Of a stretch of 64,000 bases of DNA, positions 21,296 through 32,278 are shown in pieces. The translations under genes were made by a program, and so were the position numbers. Position 1 is the first letter of the stretch; every line of letters starts with the position of its first letter. The stretch spans positions 192,001 to 256,000 of the forward strand of contig CAWEPK010000005.1 of the NCBI GenBank assembly GCA_963810935.1. Reading direction: 5' to 3'. Below the pieces are notes generated by a model. That model made no database searches. It was not told where the DNA came from and saw only the letters and a list, made by a program, of their open reading frames with translations. The DNA comes from an uncultured delta proteobacterium (GTDB lineage: Bacteria; Desulfobacterota; Syntrophorhabdia; Syntrophorhabdales; WCHB1-27).

Positions 21296-22904
21296 TTTCG
21301 AGCATCTCCTCTGCCTGTCCGAGCGTTTTATCCGTGATATTGATGCCGCCGAGCATCCTGGCCACCTCTGCTGTGCGTTCCGGCCCGGCCAGCTCCCTGA
21401 TCGACGTGCGCGTCGACGTCCGGCCCTGGTTTTTCTCGACCAGAAAATGGTGGTGTCCGTAAACCGCTATCTGGGGCAGGTGCGTGATGCAGATGATCTG
21501 GTGGCGCCCGGAAAGCTCCCGGAGCCGCCTGCCCACAACCTCCGCGACTCTGCCGCCTATCCCCGCGTCGATCTCGTCGAAAACCAGCGTCCTTTCCTTT
21601 GCGTCCCCGGTGATCTTCTTTACTGCCAGCATGATCCTCGAAAGCTCACCCCCCGACGCTACCCTGCGAAGCGGCCTTAACGGCTCGCCGGGGTTCGTTG
21701 AGAGCATGAACTCTATCTCGTCCCTGCCGTTCTCGCCGATGGACCCCCTGTCTGCGATCTCTATACTGAAGCGGACACCCTTCATGGAGAGCAGGGCAAG
21801 CTCATCCATCACGAGGCGCTCTATCCCGGCCGTGCTCTTTTTGCGGGACTCGGAAAGATTGCCCGCCATCGCGTCAACCCGCGCGGCAAGCGCGGCCTTC
21901 TCCGATTCAAGCTCCGCTGCGTCCGACTTTACGTGCTGAAGCTCGCCGAGCCTCTTTCTTGCCCTCTCCTCGAACTCTTTAATGCTCCCGTAAGTCTTCG
22001 CGTATTTATCTTTCAGCCTGACGATGTCCGAAAGACGCTCCTCCATCGCCTCCAGCTCGCCCGGCTCGTAATCGAGAGATTTTTCCTTCTCCCTGATCGA
22101 CGCGATCACGTCCTCGACGTCGAATGAAAGCGCGTCGAGCTTCGCCTTGATCGCCTCAACCCACCCGATGCCGGAAAACGGCCTGAGCTGCGCGGAGAGG
22201 GCGGAGACGGTCGCGTATACCGACTGCTCGTCTTCGTAAAGACCCCTCTCAACGGCTTCAATGCCGCCCCGTATGCGCGCCGCGTCCTTGAGCACCTTGA
22301 GCCTATCCCTGATGCCTTCTTCCTCGCCAACGCCTACGCGTGCCTCTTCGATCTCCTGTATCTGGTAGGCGAGCAGCTCTGCCTCGTTGGCCTGGCTTTC
22401 GGCTGCCTTCTTCTTTGCCTCCAGCTCCCTGCCGACCGCGTCGAGGCGCCTCACCTTGCCGGAAAGCTCTTCGGTTTGTGTCTCCAGGCCGAGGAAGCGG
22501 TCGATAATGGAAATATAGTGTTCCTTTCCGAGCAACTGCTGTGACTCGTTCTGGCCGTATACATGGATGAGAAGGTCCCCGACCTCCTCAAGTTTCTTGA
22601 CCGTCACCGCGCTTTCATTCACGAACGCGCGCGCGCGGCCCTGGCTGCCTATGGTCCTCCTTAGGATATACTCCTCGCCGTCCCTGAAACAATGGCCCAC
22701 CACTTCCGCCTGCTCGGACGCCCCCCGCACTGCGTCAGCGGGCGCCTTGGCATTGAGCAGGGTCGAGAGTGCGTTAATGATAATCGATTTCCCTGCACCC
22801 GTCTCGCCGGTTATCACATTGAGCCCGTCTTTGAACTCGACGTCGAGCTTGTCGATGATGGCAAAGCCCGAGACGCGCAGGAAAGCGAGCATGCTACCTT
22901 TCAC
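21273..22904 (-). CDS. recN: DNA repair protein RecN
   Basis: TGETGAGKS, ASGGELSR, FDEIDAGIGG, ITHLPQIA. Confidence 0.95.
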   Translation of the reverse strand: MKGSMLAFLRVSGFAIIDKLDVEFKDGLNVITGETGAGKSIIINALSTLLNAKAPADAVRGASEQAEVVGHCFRDGEEYILRRTIGSQGRARAFVNESAVTVKKLEEVGDLLIHVYGQNESQQLLGKEHYISIIDRFLGLETQTEELSGKVRRLDAVGRELEAKKKAAESQANEAELLAYQIQEIEEARVGVGEEEGIRDRLKVLKDAARIRGGIEAVERGLYEDEQSVYATVSALSAQLRPFSGIGWVEAIKAKLDALSFDVEDVIASIREKEKSLDYEPGELEAMEERLSDIVRLKDKYAKTYGSIKEFEERARKRLGELQHVKSDAAELESEKAALAARVDAMAGNLSESRKKSTAGIERLVMDELALLSMKGVRFSIEIADRGSIGENGRDEIEFMLSTNPGEPLRPLRRVASGGELSRIMLAVKKITGDAKERTLVFDEIDAGIGGRVAEVVGRRLRELSGRHQIICITHLPQIAVYGHHHFLVEKNQGRTSTRTSIRELAGPERTAEVARMLGGINITDKTLGQAEEMLENAQKGAS

Positions 22905-23745
22905 CCCACTTCAGCTTGGTCCGCAGTACCTCGAAATAGCTGTTTGTCGCCGATTTTACCAAAGAGACGGAGAAGGTCGATTTTTTCATGACGACTTCGT
23001 CCATGTATTCGAGGGGCAGCCCGACCTGGCCGTCGAGCGTCAGTATCACCTTTTCGTCGGGCGATAGCAACCTCGCCCGTATCGTCATCTCCTTCGGGAT
23101 AATGATGGGACGGTTTGTAAGCGTGTGGGCGCAGATCGGCGTAAGGACGGCGTGCTCCAGGGACGGATAGAGGACCGGGCCGCCCGCAGCCAGGGAGTAG
23201 CCCGTCGAGCCGGTAGGCGTAGAGACGATAAGACCGTCGCCCCGAAAGGTCGTAAGGTAGTCGTTATCGACGTACGTCTCGATGTTGATTATCCGGGCCA
23301 GGGCGTCCTTGGCGATGACCGCATCGTTCAGGAGCGAGAGCGCGAAGACCTCCTCGTCCTGTCGCCTGACGGTCACGTCCAGCATCGACCTGGTCGACGT
23401 CTCGTAATCGCCTGCCAGCACGCGGGGAAGCATCCCGGGAAGCTCCTCGAGGGAGACCTCCGTCAAGAATCCCAGGCCCCCGAGGTTCACGCCCAGTATG
23501 GGCACCCCCGCCCCCCTGATCTGCCGCGCTACGGAAAGCAGCGTGCCGTCGCCCCCAAGGACGATTATAAGGTCAGCGCCGTCCGCCACGTGCTCCAGCT
23601 CGAACATTTCCTTATGGCGAAGGCCGGGCGCGGAATCTTCATCGAGGGCGATGCGGACGGACGACCCATACTGCCCGATAATGCCTTTGGCTACGTCCAG
23701 GGCCGCCTCTTTCTTCCTCTTGCAGACTATATTTACGGATTTCAT
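22894..23745 (-). CDS. nadK: NAD(+) kinase
   Basis: GGDGT, LND, TPTGSTGY. Confidence 0.95.
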   Translation of the reverse strand: MKSVNIVCKRKKEAALDVAKGIIGQYGSSVRIALDEDSAPGLRHKEMFELEHVADGADLIIVLGGDGTLLSVARQIRGAGVPILGVNLGGLGFLTEVSLEELPGMLPRVLAGDYETSTRSMLDVTVRRQDEEVFALSLLNDAVIAKDALARIINIETYVDNDYLTTFRGDGLIVSTPTGSTGYSLAAGGPVLYPSLEHAVLTPICAHTLTNRPIIIPKEMTIRARLLSPDEKVILTLDGQVGLPLEYMDEVVMKKSTFSVSLVKSATNSYFEVLRTKLKWGER

Positions 23746-23773
23746 GCCTTGCCTTTATCCCCTTGCGTCCGGC

Positions 23774-24460
23774 TCACAACAGGCCCTTTTCCTTGAGACT
23801 CGTATAGCCCTGGCGCGTAATAATGATATGGTCGAGCACGTCTATGCCCATGAGCCGGCCGGCCTCGACCAGCCTGCGGGTCACGCTGATGTCGTCGTCG
23901 GACGGCTCGGGGTCGTCGGACGGGTGGTTGTGGGCGAGTATTATAGACGATGCGCTGTGCGCCAGCGCGTCCTTAAAAACTTCCCTTGGGTGGACGAGGC
24001 TGGAATTAAGCGTACCTACGGAGATTGTCGATATGGCGACGATCTTGTTCCTCGTGTTCAGGAGGATGGCCTTGAAGTGCTCCTTCGCCTTATCCTGGAT
24101 GCTTTTGCGGATGGCCTTCACGAGCACCGACGGGTCGCTTATGCTGTATTGGCCGACCTCCGGCGCCAGGTCCTGCCGCCTGCCCAGCTCGAAGGCCGCT
24201 TTGATCTGGACGGCCTTGGCGAGCCCTATGCCCTTCACGCACGACAACTGCTCGACCGTAGCCCTGCTGACCGCATTAAGGTTGCCGAACGCGCTCAGAA
24301 GCTCCTGAGCGATATTGACGGCGGATTTGCCGGGGATGCCCCTCCCTATGATGAGGGCAAGCAGTTCCTGGCCGGACAGCGCCTCCGGTCCGAGCGAGGC
24401 CAGGCGCTCGCGCGGTCGCTCGGCCTTCGGCAAATCGTGTATGGTAAAAGAGTCGCCCAT
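23774..24460 (-). CDS. radC: RadC (JAB-domain) protein
   Basis: ERPRERL, VHPREVF, HNHPS, LDHII. Confidence 0.95.
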   Translation of the reverse strand: MGDSFTIHDLPKAERPRERLASLGPEALSGQELLALIIGRGIPGKSAVNIAQELLSAFGNLNAVSRATVEQLSCVKGIGLAKAVQIKAAFELGRRQDLAPEVGQYSISDPSVLVKAIRKSIQDKAKEHFKAILLNTRNKIVAISTISVGTLNSSLVHPREVFKDALAHSASSIILAHNHPSDDPEPSDDDISVTRRLVEAGRLMGIDVLDHIIITRQGYTSLKEKGLL

Positions 24461-24513
24461 AGGTAACGATAAAGATTATACAAATTAAACAGGCAATTAC
24501 AAACATGATTTTG

Positions 24514-24646
24514 AGGGCGGCCGCGACCTTTCCGCGTCTTTCGCGTCGTTTTCTCGGGCGCGAGTCCTCACATACAGAAAACGTATGCTCCGGCTCGCTT
24601 CGTCGAAAAGCAACGCGAAATCCATCGGAAATCTCTCGGCCGCCTT
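24514..24646. repeat. Long imperfect inverted repeat (hairpin element, family B)
   Basis: Nested arms GGCGGCCG/CGGCCGCC, TTTCCG/CGGAAA, TTTCGCGT/ACGCGAAA, GCGAGTC/GGCTCGC, CATAC/GTATG. Confidence 0.85.
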
Positions 24647-24715
24647 TTCTATGATGAGCCAATCTCGATGCCGGATAGTCTCACGGGCCGGAGCACTTTT
24701 CGGCGGTTCGGCGGG

Positions 24716-26480
24716 CTACTCTTCCATCACCCTCAGTATCTCTTCCGCCACACCCCTGTTGAGTCCCTTTATGCCTGCGATGCCTTCTACGCCCGCCGCC
24801 TTCATCTCTTCGAGCGAAGGGAAGGCTTTGAGGAGCGCCATCGCCCGCCTCTTGCCCACGCCCCGGACGGCCTCAAGCTGTGAAGTCAGGTCTTCGCGCC
24901 TCTTCCACTTCTTGTGGGAGGCGATGGCAAAGCGGTGCGCCTCGTCCCTCATCCGCACCATTTCCTTGAAAACAGGCGACGATTTGGGAAGGAGCAGGGG
25001 GTTTTTCCGGAGAGGGAGGTAGAGGAAATCCTCCATCCTCTTCCGCCTCTCCCCCTTGGCGATGCTTACTGCATCGATTGCGTGCTGCCCGCTCTTTATG
25101 AGGGATAGAGCGGCAGCGAGCTGCGCCTTTCCCCCGTCGATCACCATCAGGTCGGGCAGCGGACCGATGCGCTCGTCGTGCAGGCGGCGCCTCAGCACTT
25201 CCCCGATCATGGCAACATCGTCTTCAGTCGCCGCCTCACGTATGTGGAAGACGCGGTAACCGTCCTTCTTTGCCTTGAAGTCATCGAAGACGACCATGAT
25301 GCCCGATGGGCTCTGGCCGTGGATATGGGATATATCGTAGACCTCTATCCTTTTCGGCGCTTTCGCCAGGTGGAGCGCTTTCCTGAACGCCTCGTCGAGC
25401 GGCCCGGTCTCTATCTCGTGCAGGTTCTCGACTGCCAGCCGGACCATGTCGGCCGCACGCGGGTCGGACGGACCGAGGACGCGGACGCGCCCTTTCTTTT
25501 TTTCCTGCAAGGTCTGCTGCAGGAGCTGCCTGTCCTCGATCTCCTCGGAAAGGACGACCTCGTCGGGGATGGGCCGGCCGGCGTAATACTGAAGGAGAAA
25601 TGAAGGGAGCGAGTCGTCCAGACGGGGCGTAAAGGACTGCCTGAACGTCCTTTTGGAGATCAATACCCCCTTTCGGAAGTTCAGGACCACAATCCGCAGG
25701 CGGCCCTCTTCCTCGAGGATGCCCCACGCGTCCCTGTTTATCCCCATGTGCTCGTGGACGTTCTGCTTTTCGACCAGCCGCTTTATGGCTGCGTGCTTCT
25801 CCTTCTTTGCCTGAGCCTCCTCGAACTTCCACGAGCGGGAGGCCTCCTCGATCTGCGCCTCTATCTTCTTCAGGAGCCTGTCGTTCCTGCCGTGGAGCAG
25901 GTCGGCCACCTCATCGACGATGGCGCGGTACGCCTCCGCGCTAATCCTTCCGACGCACGGTGCAGGGCACTTCTCGATCTCCGCCAGAATGCACGGCCTC
26001 GTCCTGCGGTTGAAGACGGAATCCCGGCAGCGCCTCACGGGGTAAAGGGACTGGACTGTCTTGAGCAGCTCCCTTGCGTCCTTTGCGTGCGGATGGGGGC
26101 CGAAATAGAGGGCCCCGTCGTCTTTGATCGTCCTCGTCACGCTCAAGGCGGGGAACTTGTCCTGAGCTGTGAGCTTAAGGGAGACATACGTCTTGTCGTC
26201 TTTCAGGACGATGTTATATTTCGGCTGGTGCTCTTTGATCAGGTTATTTTCGAGGAGGAACGCCTCTTTCTCGTTGCCTGTCAGGACAAACGACATCTCT
26301 TCTACGCGCCTTACGAGCCGCTCCGTCTTTCTGTCCTTCCTGCTATTGCTGAAATAGCTCTTGACGCGGTCCTTCAGGCTCCTCGCCTTGCCGACGTAGA
26401 TTATATCTCCGGAGGCGTCCCTGAAAAGGTAGACGCCCGGGACTGTCCGGCAGGTTCGAGATATATTCCTCGCTAATCAT
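24716..26480 (-). CDS. uvrC: Excinuclease ABC subunit C; apparent frameshift near 26440
   Basis: MISEEYISNLPDSP then GVYLF...YVGKA, PKYNI, C..PC, IEVYDISH, IDGG, RDEAHRFA. Confidence 0.92.
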
Positions 26481-26540
26481 CCTGGTATCCTGTCACGCTA
26501 TGTTGTCTCAACCATCGGCCACTGTGAACCTTGCCGATTA

Positions 26541-26595
26541 CCGACCACCCGCAGTTGCAGCAATTGGCCCCCGGCCCAATTGCTGCCGTGGTCGG
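26541..26595. repeat. Stem-loop next to the family B element
   Basis: CCGACCAC/GTGGTCGG and GCAGCAATTGG/CCAATTGCTGC arms. Confidence 0.8.
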
Positions 26596-26599
26596 AGGA

Positions 26600-26721
26600 G
26601 CGCCTCAAGGAATTGCGATAGGCGGATGAAATGGGTGCCTTGCCGGCCGGAGGCGTACGTCGGTACGTCGGAGGGCGCAAGGCGCACATTTCGCCGCATA
26701 GCGCGATTCCGCAGCAGGCGC
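26600..26721. repeat. Long imperfect inverted repeat (hairpin element, family B)
   Basis: Arms GCGCCT/AGGCGC, GGAATTGCG/CGCGATTCC, GAAATG/CATTTC, GTGCCTTGC/GCAAGGCGC, GCGTAC/GTACGT. Confidence 0.85.
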
Positions 26722-26811
26722 GAGTCCAAACCTTGCCACAACATCCGCCTTTGTCTCTTTCACTACCACCACACTAGTAGTTTCCGACTCCCCGGTACGC
26801 GTGGCTCGACA

Positions 26812-28800
26812 CTAAATCGCAAGCTCCATCTGCTCCAGCCTGACAAGCCGGTCCCTAAGCTTTGCCGCCCGCTCGAAGTCCCACCTCTTTGCTGCCTCGT
26901 TTATGTCCTTGCGCAGCTTCCTGACCATCTTGGAGAGCTTCTTCGGGTCCGCGCCCTGCTCGTCGATCCCGTCCGCATCGACCGTTAAATAATCCTTTTC
27001 GTAAATCGACGAAAGGATATCGACTATCGATTTCTTGATGCCTTCAGGGGTGATGCCGTGCTCCGCATTGTAGGCCGTCTGGACCTTGCGCCTTCTGACC
27101 GTCTCGTCGATGGTCCTCTTCATCGAATCGGTTACGTGGTCCGCGAACATGATCACCCTGCCGTTGATATTGCGCGCCGCCCTGCCGCACGTCTGTATGA
27201 GCGCGGTCTCCGAGCGAAGGAAGCCTTCTTTGTCCGCATCCAGGATGGCCACAAGCGAGACCTCCGGCAGGTCGAGCCCCTCCCGCAAGAGGTTGACCCC
27301 TACGAGGGCGTCGAATTTGCCGAGCCGCAGGTCGCGGACTATGGCGATCCGTTCCAGCGTATCGACCTCCGAGTGGAGGTACTTGGTCTTTATGCCCGCG
27401 TCGAGGAGAAAATCCGTAAGGTCTTCCGCGAACCGCTTGGTCAGCGTAGTGATCAGGACCCTCTGCTTTTCGGCAATGGTCTTTTTCAGCTCCGCGAGCA
27501 GGGAGTCCACCTGGTTCCGGGCAGGCTTGACGTCGATTACGGGGTCCATCAGCCCGGTCGGCCGCACGATCTGCTCCACTACGTGCCCTTTTGCCCTCAC
27601 CATCTCGTAAGTGGCCGGGGTGGCCGATACGTAGACGACCTGGCCGACGCGCTTCTGGAACTCCTCGAACATCAGAGGGCGGTTGTCGAGGGCCGAGGGC
27701 AGGCGGAAGCCGTATTCGACCAGCGTCTGCTTGCGCGACTGGTCGCCCCTGTACATGCCCTGTATCTGCGGGACCGTCACGTGGCTCTCGTCGATCATGA
27801 CGAGCGCGTCGCGGGGTATGTAGTCCATGAGCGTCGGGGGCGCCTCGCCCGGCTTCCTCCCGGTAAGGTGCCTCGAATAGTTCTCGATGCCTGAGCAATA
27901 GCCGATCTCCTTGAGCATCTCCAGGTCGTATTTCGTCTTTGCCTCAAGCCTCTGCGCCTCGAGCAGCTTGCCCGCGCCCCTGAATTCCTTAAGCCGTTGC
28001 GCAAGCTCCTCTTCGATGGTTATCACGGCCGCGTCGAGCCGCTCCCTGCCGGTCACGTAATGGGTGGCCGGGAATATATTGCAGCGGGATAGCTTCTCCA
28101 TTACCTTGCCCGAAAGGGGGTCGATGGCGAAAATGCCCGTGACCCGGTCGTCATCGAGGACGATGCGAATGGCCTTCTCTTCTTCGTATGCCGGGAAGAC
28201 GTCTATATTCTCGCCCCTGAGCCTGAACTTGCCCCGGTAGAAGTCAAAATCGTTCCGCTCGTACTGGCACTCTATCAGCTTGGCGAGCAGCGCCGCCCTC
28301 TCTATTTTGTCGTCCACCTGGAGGGATATGAGCATTCCGTAGTAGGCCTCCGGCGAGCCGAGGCCGTAAATGCAGGAGACGCTGGCGACGATGAGCACGT
28401 CGTTCCTCTCGAACAGCGCATTGGTTGCCGACAGGCGCAGCTTGTCGATCTCTTCGTTGATCGACGAGTCTTTCTCGATGTATGTGTCGGTCGGCGGGAC
28501 GTACGCCTCCGGCTGGTAGTAATCGTAGTAGCTCACGAAGAAATGGACGGCGTTGTCAGGAAAGAGCGTCTTGAATTCCGTATAGAGCTGGGCGGCAAGC
28601 GTCTTGTTGTGCGATATGACGAGGGTCGGCCGCTGGGTCCGCTCGACTACGTTGGCCATGGTGAACGTCTTGCCGGACCCGGTGACGCCGAGGAGCACCT
28701 GATCGGAGACGCCGGAAAGGATGTTGGCTGTAAGTTTGTCGATAGCCTGCGGCTGGTCGCCGGCAGGCGCGTAGTCATTTTTGAGCTTAAAATTCGGCAT
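26812..28800 (-). CDS. uvrB: Excinuclease ABC subunit B
   Basis: [30 protein letters not shown]-terminal UVR motif. Confidence 0.97.
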   Translation of the reverse strand: MPNFKLKNDYAPAGDQPQAIDKLTANILSGVSDQVLLGVTGSGKTFTMANVVERTQRPTLVISHNKTLAAQLYTEFKTLFPDNAVHFFVSYYDYYQPEAYVPPTDTYIEKDSSINEEIDKLRLSATNALFERNDVLIVASVSCIYGLGSPEAYYGMLISLQVDDKIERAALLAKLIECQYERNDFDFYRGKFRLRGENIDVFPAYEEEKAIRIVLDDDRVTGIFAIDPLSGKVMEKLSRCNIFPATHYVTGRERLDAAVITIEEELAQRLKEFRGAGKLLEAQRLEAKTKYDLEMLKEIGYCSGIENYSRHLTGRKPGEAPPTLMDYIPRDALVMIDESHVTVPQIQGMYRGDQSRKQTLVEYGFRLPSALDNRPLMFEEFQKRVGQVVYVSATPATYEMVRAKGHVVEQIVRPTGLMDPVIDVKPARNQVDSLLAELKKTIAEKQRVLITTLTKRFAEDLTDFLLDAGIKTKYLHSEVDTLERIAIVRDLRLGKFDALVGVNLLREGLDLPEVSLVAILDADKEGFLRSETALIQTCGRAARNINGRVIMFADHVTDSMKRTIDETVRRRKVQTAYNAEHGITPEGIKKSIVDILSSIYEKDYLTVDADGIDEQGADPKKLSKMVRKLRKDINEAAKRWDFERAAKLRDRLVRLEQMELAI

Positions 28801-28808
28801 AACCAATT

Positions 28809-28837
28809 ATTTTAACCCCGGCAAGAACCGTTGTCAA
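28809..28837 (-). promoter_or_regulatory. Sigma-70-type promoter for uvrB
   Basis: TTGACA-N17-TAAAAT on the minus strand, 8 nt before ATG. Confidence 0.75.
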
Positions 28838-28864
28838 AACACCATATCAGACGAAGACAACTCC

Positions 28865-28894
28865 TTGACGGCTTGCAGAACGGCAACCTATACT
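28865..28894 (+). promoter_or_regulatory. Sigma-70-type promoter for the GT9-like gene
   Basis: TTGACG-N18-TATACT, 7 nt before ATG 28902. Confidence 0.65.
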
Positions 28895-28901
28895 GACAGA
28901 G

Positions 28902-29729
28902 ATGAATAGGAGAGGTGCGGGACAAGAGGGCGTCGGTCTACTCGTCCATATGGGCGGTCTTGGAGACGTCTGCCTTTCGGAATCGACTATCCTGTCGGTG
29001 GCGAGGCACCTGGACGGGAGGTTTCATGCAGTGGGGAACAGGTCCGTGCTGGAGCCTTTCGGCGAGTATTTCACGGCCGTGGATTCGATTGACGGGAGGA
29101 AATGGACGCACCTGTTCACCGACGGGCTTTCCGCCTCACCCCTCGGCCGGGTCGTCTTCATAGGCAAGGACAGGGCGGGCGCGTTCCGGCGGCGGCTCGC
29201 GGCCGCAGCCGGAGAGATCGTCTTTATCGATATGTACCCGGAGGGAAGGCCCGTCCACGTTGAAGACTACCAGCTCGGGCAATTGGCCGCTTACGGGATA
29301 CCGGCCGTGAGGAGAGAGAGGCAGGTAAAGTCCGGAAGGCGTGTAGTCGTCTACGCGGAAAAGGCCTATAAGAAAAGGAAATGGCCGGTCGAGGGCTTTG
29401 TGGAGGTCTTCGAGCGGCTGGAAGCGCAGGGCGTCCCGGCAACGTTCATGGCGCAGCCGGGCTTACGCCTGCCCGAAGGTCTGCCCGGCCGTCTCTTCGA
29501 GCGGCTTTCCGATATCGCGGATTTCCTCTCGCCCGGCGGCGTTTTCCTTTCGAACGACTCGGGGTTAGCCCATTTTGCCGCCAGGTGCGGCATGTACCCG
29601 GTTACGCTGTTCTTCGATACGGACCCTGAAGTCTGGAGGCCGGTTACGGGGAAGGTAGTACGATGCGATGAGGGTGCGCCCGGAACGGACGAGGTTGCGC
29701 GCCTGGCAGCGGCCGCCCTCGACCGGTAG
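28902..29729 (+). CDS. GT9-family (heptosyltransferase-like) protein
   Basis: GGLGD, KRKWP, NDSGLAHFAA, TDPEVWRP. Confidence 0.75.
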   Translation: MNRRGAGQEGVGLLVHMGGLGDVCLSESTILSVARHLDGRFHAVGNRSVLEPFGEYFTAVDSIDGRKWTHLFTDGLSASPLGRVVFIGKDRAGAFRRRLAAAAGEIVFIDMYPEGRPVHVEDYQLGQLAAYGIPAVRRERQVKSGRRVVVYAEKAYKKRKWPVEGFVEVFERLEAQGVPATFMAQPGLRLPEGLPGRLFERLSDIADFLSPGGVFLSNDSGLAHFAARCGMYPVTLFFDTDPEVWRPVTGKVVRCDEGAPGTDEVARLAAAALDR

Positions 29730-29738
29730 ATAAAGCCG

Positions 29739-31080
29739 CTATCCGTTGGGGCGCTTCTTCTCGCCTGGCGGCCGCATGAGGTCGAGGAGCTTCAATAAGT
29801 CCTGGGACTCCGGGGAGTTGATGCCGTATCTGGCAATCGCCTTTTCGAGGTTCATCTTCGCGGCCGGATACCTGCCCGTCTCGTAATAGTAGCGGCCAAG
29901 GAATTCGAACCCGCCCCCTTGGTTGCCCTGTCTGCCCAGGACCATCCCCAGCTTCTGATAGACCTCCGGGAAGGTCTCCGCGTACGGGGCAAGGTCAGCG
30001 AGCGTGTTCCCCGCCATAGGCAGGTCGCCCCGCCCTTCGTATGCCTTTGCCAGATAATAGCGGGCTACGGGGTGCGTCTCATTCTTCAATACCTCGATTG
30101 CATCGTTGAACCGCCGGCCCGTAACGAGAAACTCACCCACGAAGGTGGAGGCGTGCGGGTAGTTGATCGTCTTCGCCAGCGATACGGCCTTATCCACGTC
30201 GCCCTTCAGGGAATAAACGAGGGCAGCCCCATACGTGCTGATCGGGTCCGTCGGGTCCTTCTGGTATTTCTTCAGCCATATTTCCTCATTCTGCGTGCCG
30301 AGGGGCTTTCCGATGATATTGAGCCTCGCGATAACTATGGGGAACAAGGAATCATCGACCCTCGTCTTCATGGTGGCTAGACTGACGTATCGTCGCAACC
30401 CTTGTCTCGGAATAAGGATGGGTGAGCAGATACTGGGGAATGCGTTTCTCCATCTCGGTGCTCGCCAGCTTTTTGAGGAATTCGGCGCTGCCGAACCCGT
30501 TGTAGCCCGCTTTCTCCGTGGTCGCGACACCGTACCTGTCGGCCTCCTCCTCGGCTTCCCTCGTGTAGTTTATCCCAATCTGCTCGCGCGCCCCCATGCT
30601 GCCGGTCACGACGGCCGCTTTTGCAGCCGGGTTCGGGATGAGCAGGCCGACCAGCATGGTCGCCACCGACACCCAGTTGATGGCCTTCTCCTTCTCGATG
30701 GCTTTGGCCACATGGCGCCTTCCGACATGGGCGAATTCGTGGCCCAGAATCCCGGCGATCTCTTCTTCCTTATCGGCCTGCTCGAGGATACCGGTCGTCA
30801 CGTAGACGTAGCCGCCTATCGTGGCGAAGGCGTCGAGGCCTGTGCTGTCGATGATGCTGAACTTGACCGGGAAGGGCAGGTCGGCGACGTCTTCCAGCCT
30901 CTTTTTGACGATCGCCATCTCCAGCGAGACGTACGGGTCGGTGTAGAGCCTGGTCATCCGTGCAATTTGCAGGTAGATCTCCCTGCCGTACTTGCTTTCC
31001 TCGTCGAGGGTGATGGCCCGCACAGGGAGGGGGAAAAAACAGAGCAGAACAAGAAACGCTACGATCCGCTTCGGCGTCAT
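29739..31080 (-). CDS. M48 metalloprotease with TPR repeats (BepA/YfgC-like); apparent frameshift near 30380
   Basis: Signal peptide, HEFAH, EEEAD, LLTHP..ETR then TPR-like helices in the other frame. Confidence 0.85.
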
Positions 31081-32062
31081 TAAGCCCGTCTGAATTTCAG
31101 GCGTTTCCTCTTTTTTGCCTTTCTTATCTTCTTCTTTCCTTCGGATTTCTTTTCTTTTTTTAGACTATATGAGGAAAGCCTGATTTTTCTCGCGTTTCGC
31201 AGGCTCGTAGGAGGCGAGCACCACGTTGCTTGCCTTGACGAGGGATATCTCTCTCGGGCTCGGCACCTGGGTATATATCTCCTGGAGGATGTCTGTGGCG
31301 TCCCCCCAGAGGTTCCTGCTCCCGAGTATGGCCAGGATATAGACCCTGCCGTCTTTCTCGAAGGCGCCGACGTAGCAATGCCTCGACGCACGGGTGAAAC
31401 CGGTTTTTCCCCCTATGGAGGGTGAGAAGCAGAAGAGAAGGCGGTTGTGGTTCATGTATCGCACGTCCGCCTGGCCGCTTCTAAAATTGAAGTACCGCGT
31501 GCCTATGATCTCCTGGAACCTCTTATTATCGAGGGCATAACGAAAGATAAGGGCGAGGTCGTAGGCGGACATGACGTGGCCCGGCACATAAAGTCCGGAG
31601 GCGTTTTCAAAATTGCTCTCCATCGCGCCTATCTCGCGCGCCTTGGCGTTCATCATATCGGCGAAGCGTTCCTCGCTACCCCCGATGCCGACCGCCAAAG
31701 CATATGCCGCGTCGTTCGCTGACTCGACCATTGCACCTGTGATAAGGTCTATCGCCCTGTAAGGCCGGCCCGGGGCAAGGCACATCCTCGAGGCGGGTAG
31801 TGGAAAGCACTTTCTTCGTAGGCACGATGGTATCTTCCTCATCGAGCCTCTCCAGGGCGATCAGGGTCGTCATCACTTTTGTAGTGCTGGCCGGCGGCAG
31901 AGGGGTGTGGTAGTTCTTGCCGGCTACTACGGCAAAGCTGTCTTTTTCTACGAGTAGATAGGCGTCGGCTGTGATGTCCCCCACGTTGCCGGCGAACGAG
32001 TAGACGGGGAACAGCAGGCAAAGTATTACGAAAAACGTTTTCACAACTCCTTTATATATCAT
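31080..32062 (-). CDS. S11 D-alanyl-D-alanine carboxypeptidase; apparent frameshifts near 31795 and 31185
   Basis: PASTTK (SxxK), SAND (SxN), GKTGFT (KTG) spread over adjacent frames; Lys-rich tail; start may be GTG near 32044. Confidence 0.85.
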
Positions 32063-32278
32063 ATACGGCCCTTAAGCAATAGTTTTCGCGGTTGTACAAA
32101 CCTTTTTCCGGCCGGGTGAGTATATTAGGCTTGATAATCATTTTCAAGAATTATTTGTCACACGCTTATGGAAGACGCGCAACGAAGACGACGACGAAGC
32201 TATGCGAAAAAGGTCCCGGCCCCATTCTCCTGCTTCTGCCGCTTCCACTTTCCCGCCTTGTATAGTATCATTTTACTA

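Noticed and set aside
23774..24460. radC as a mobile-element marker
   Set aside because: Full-length chromosomal form among uvrC, nadK and recN.
28801..28901. LexA/SOS box at uvrB
   Set aside because: No convincing palindrome shared with the uvrC, radC or recN upstream regions.
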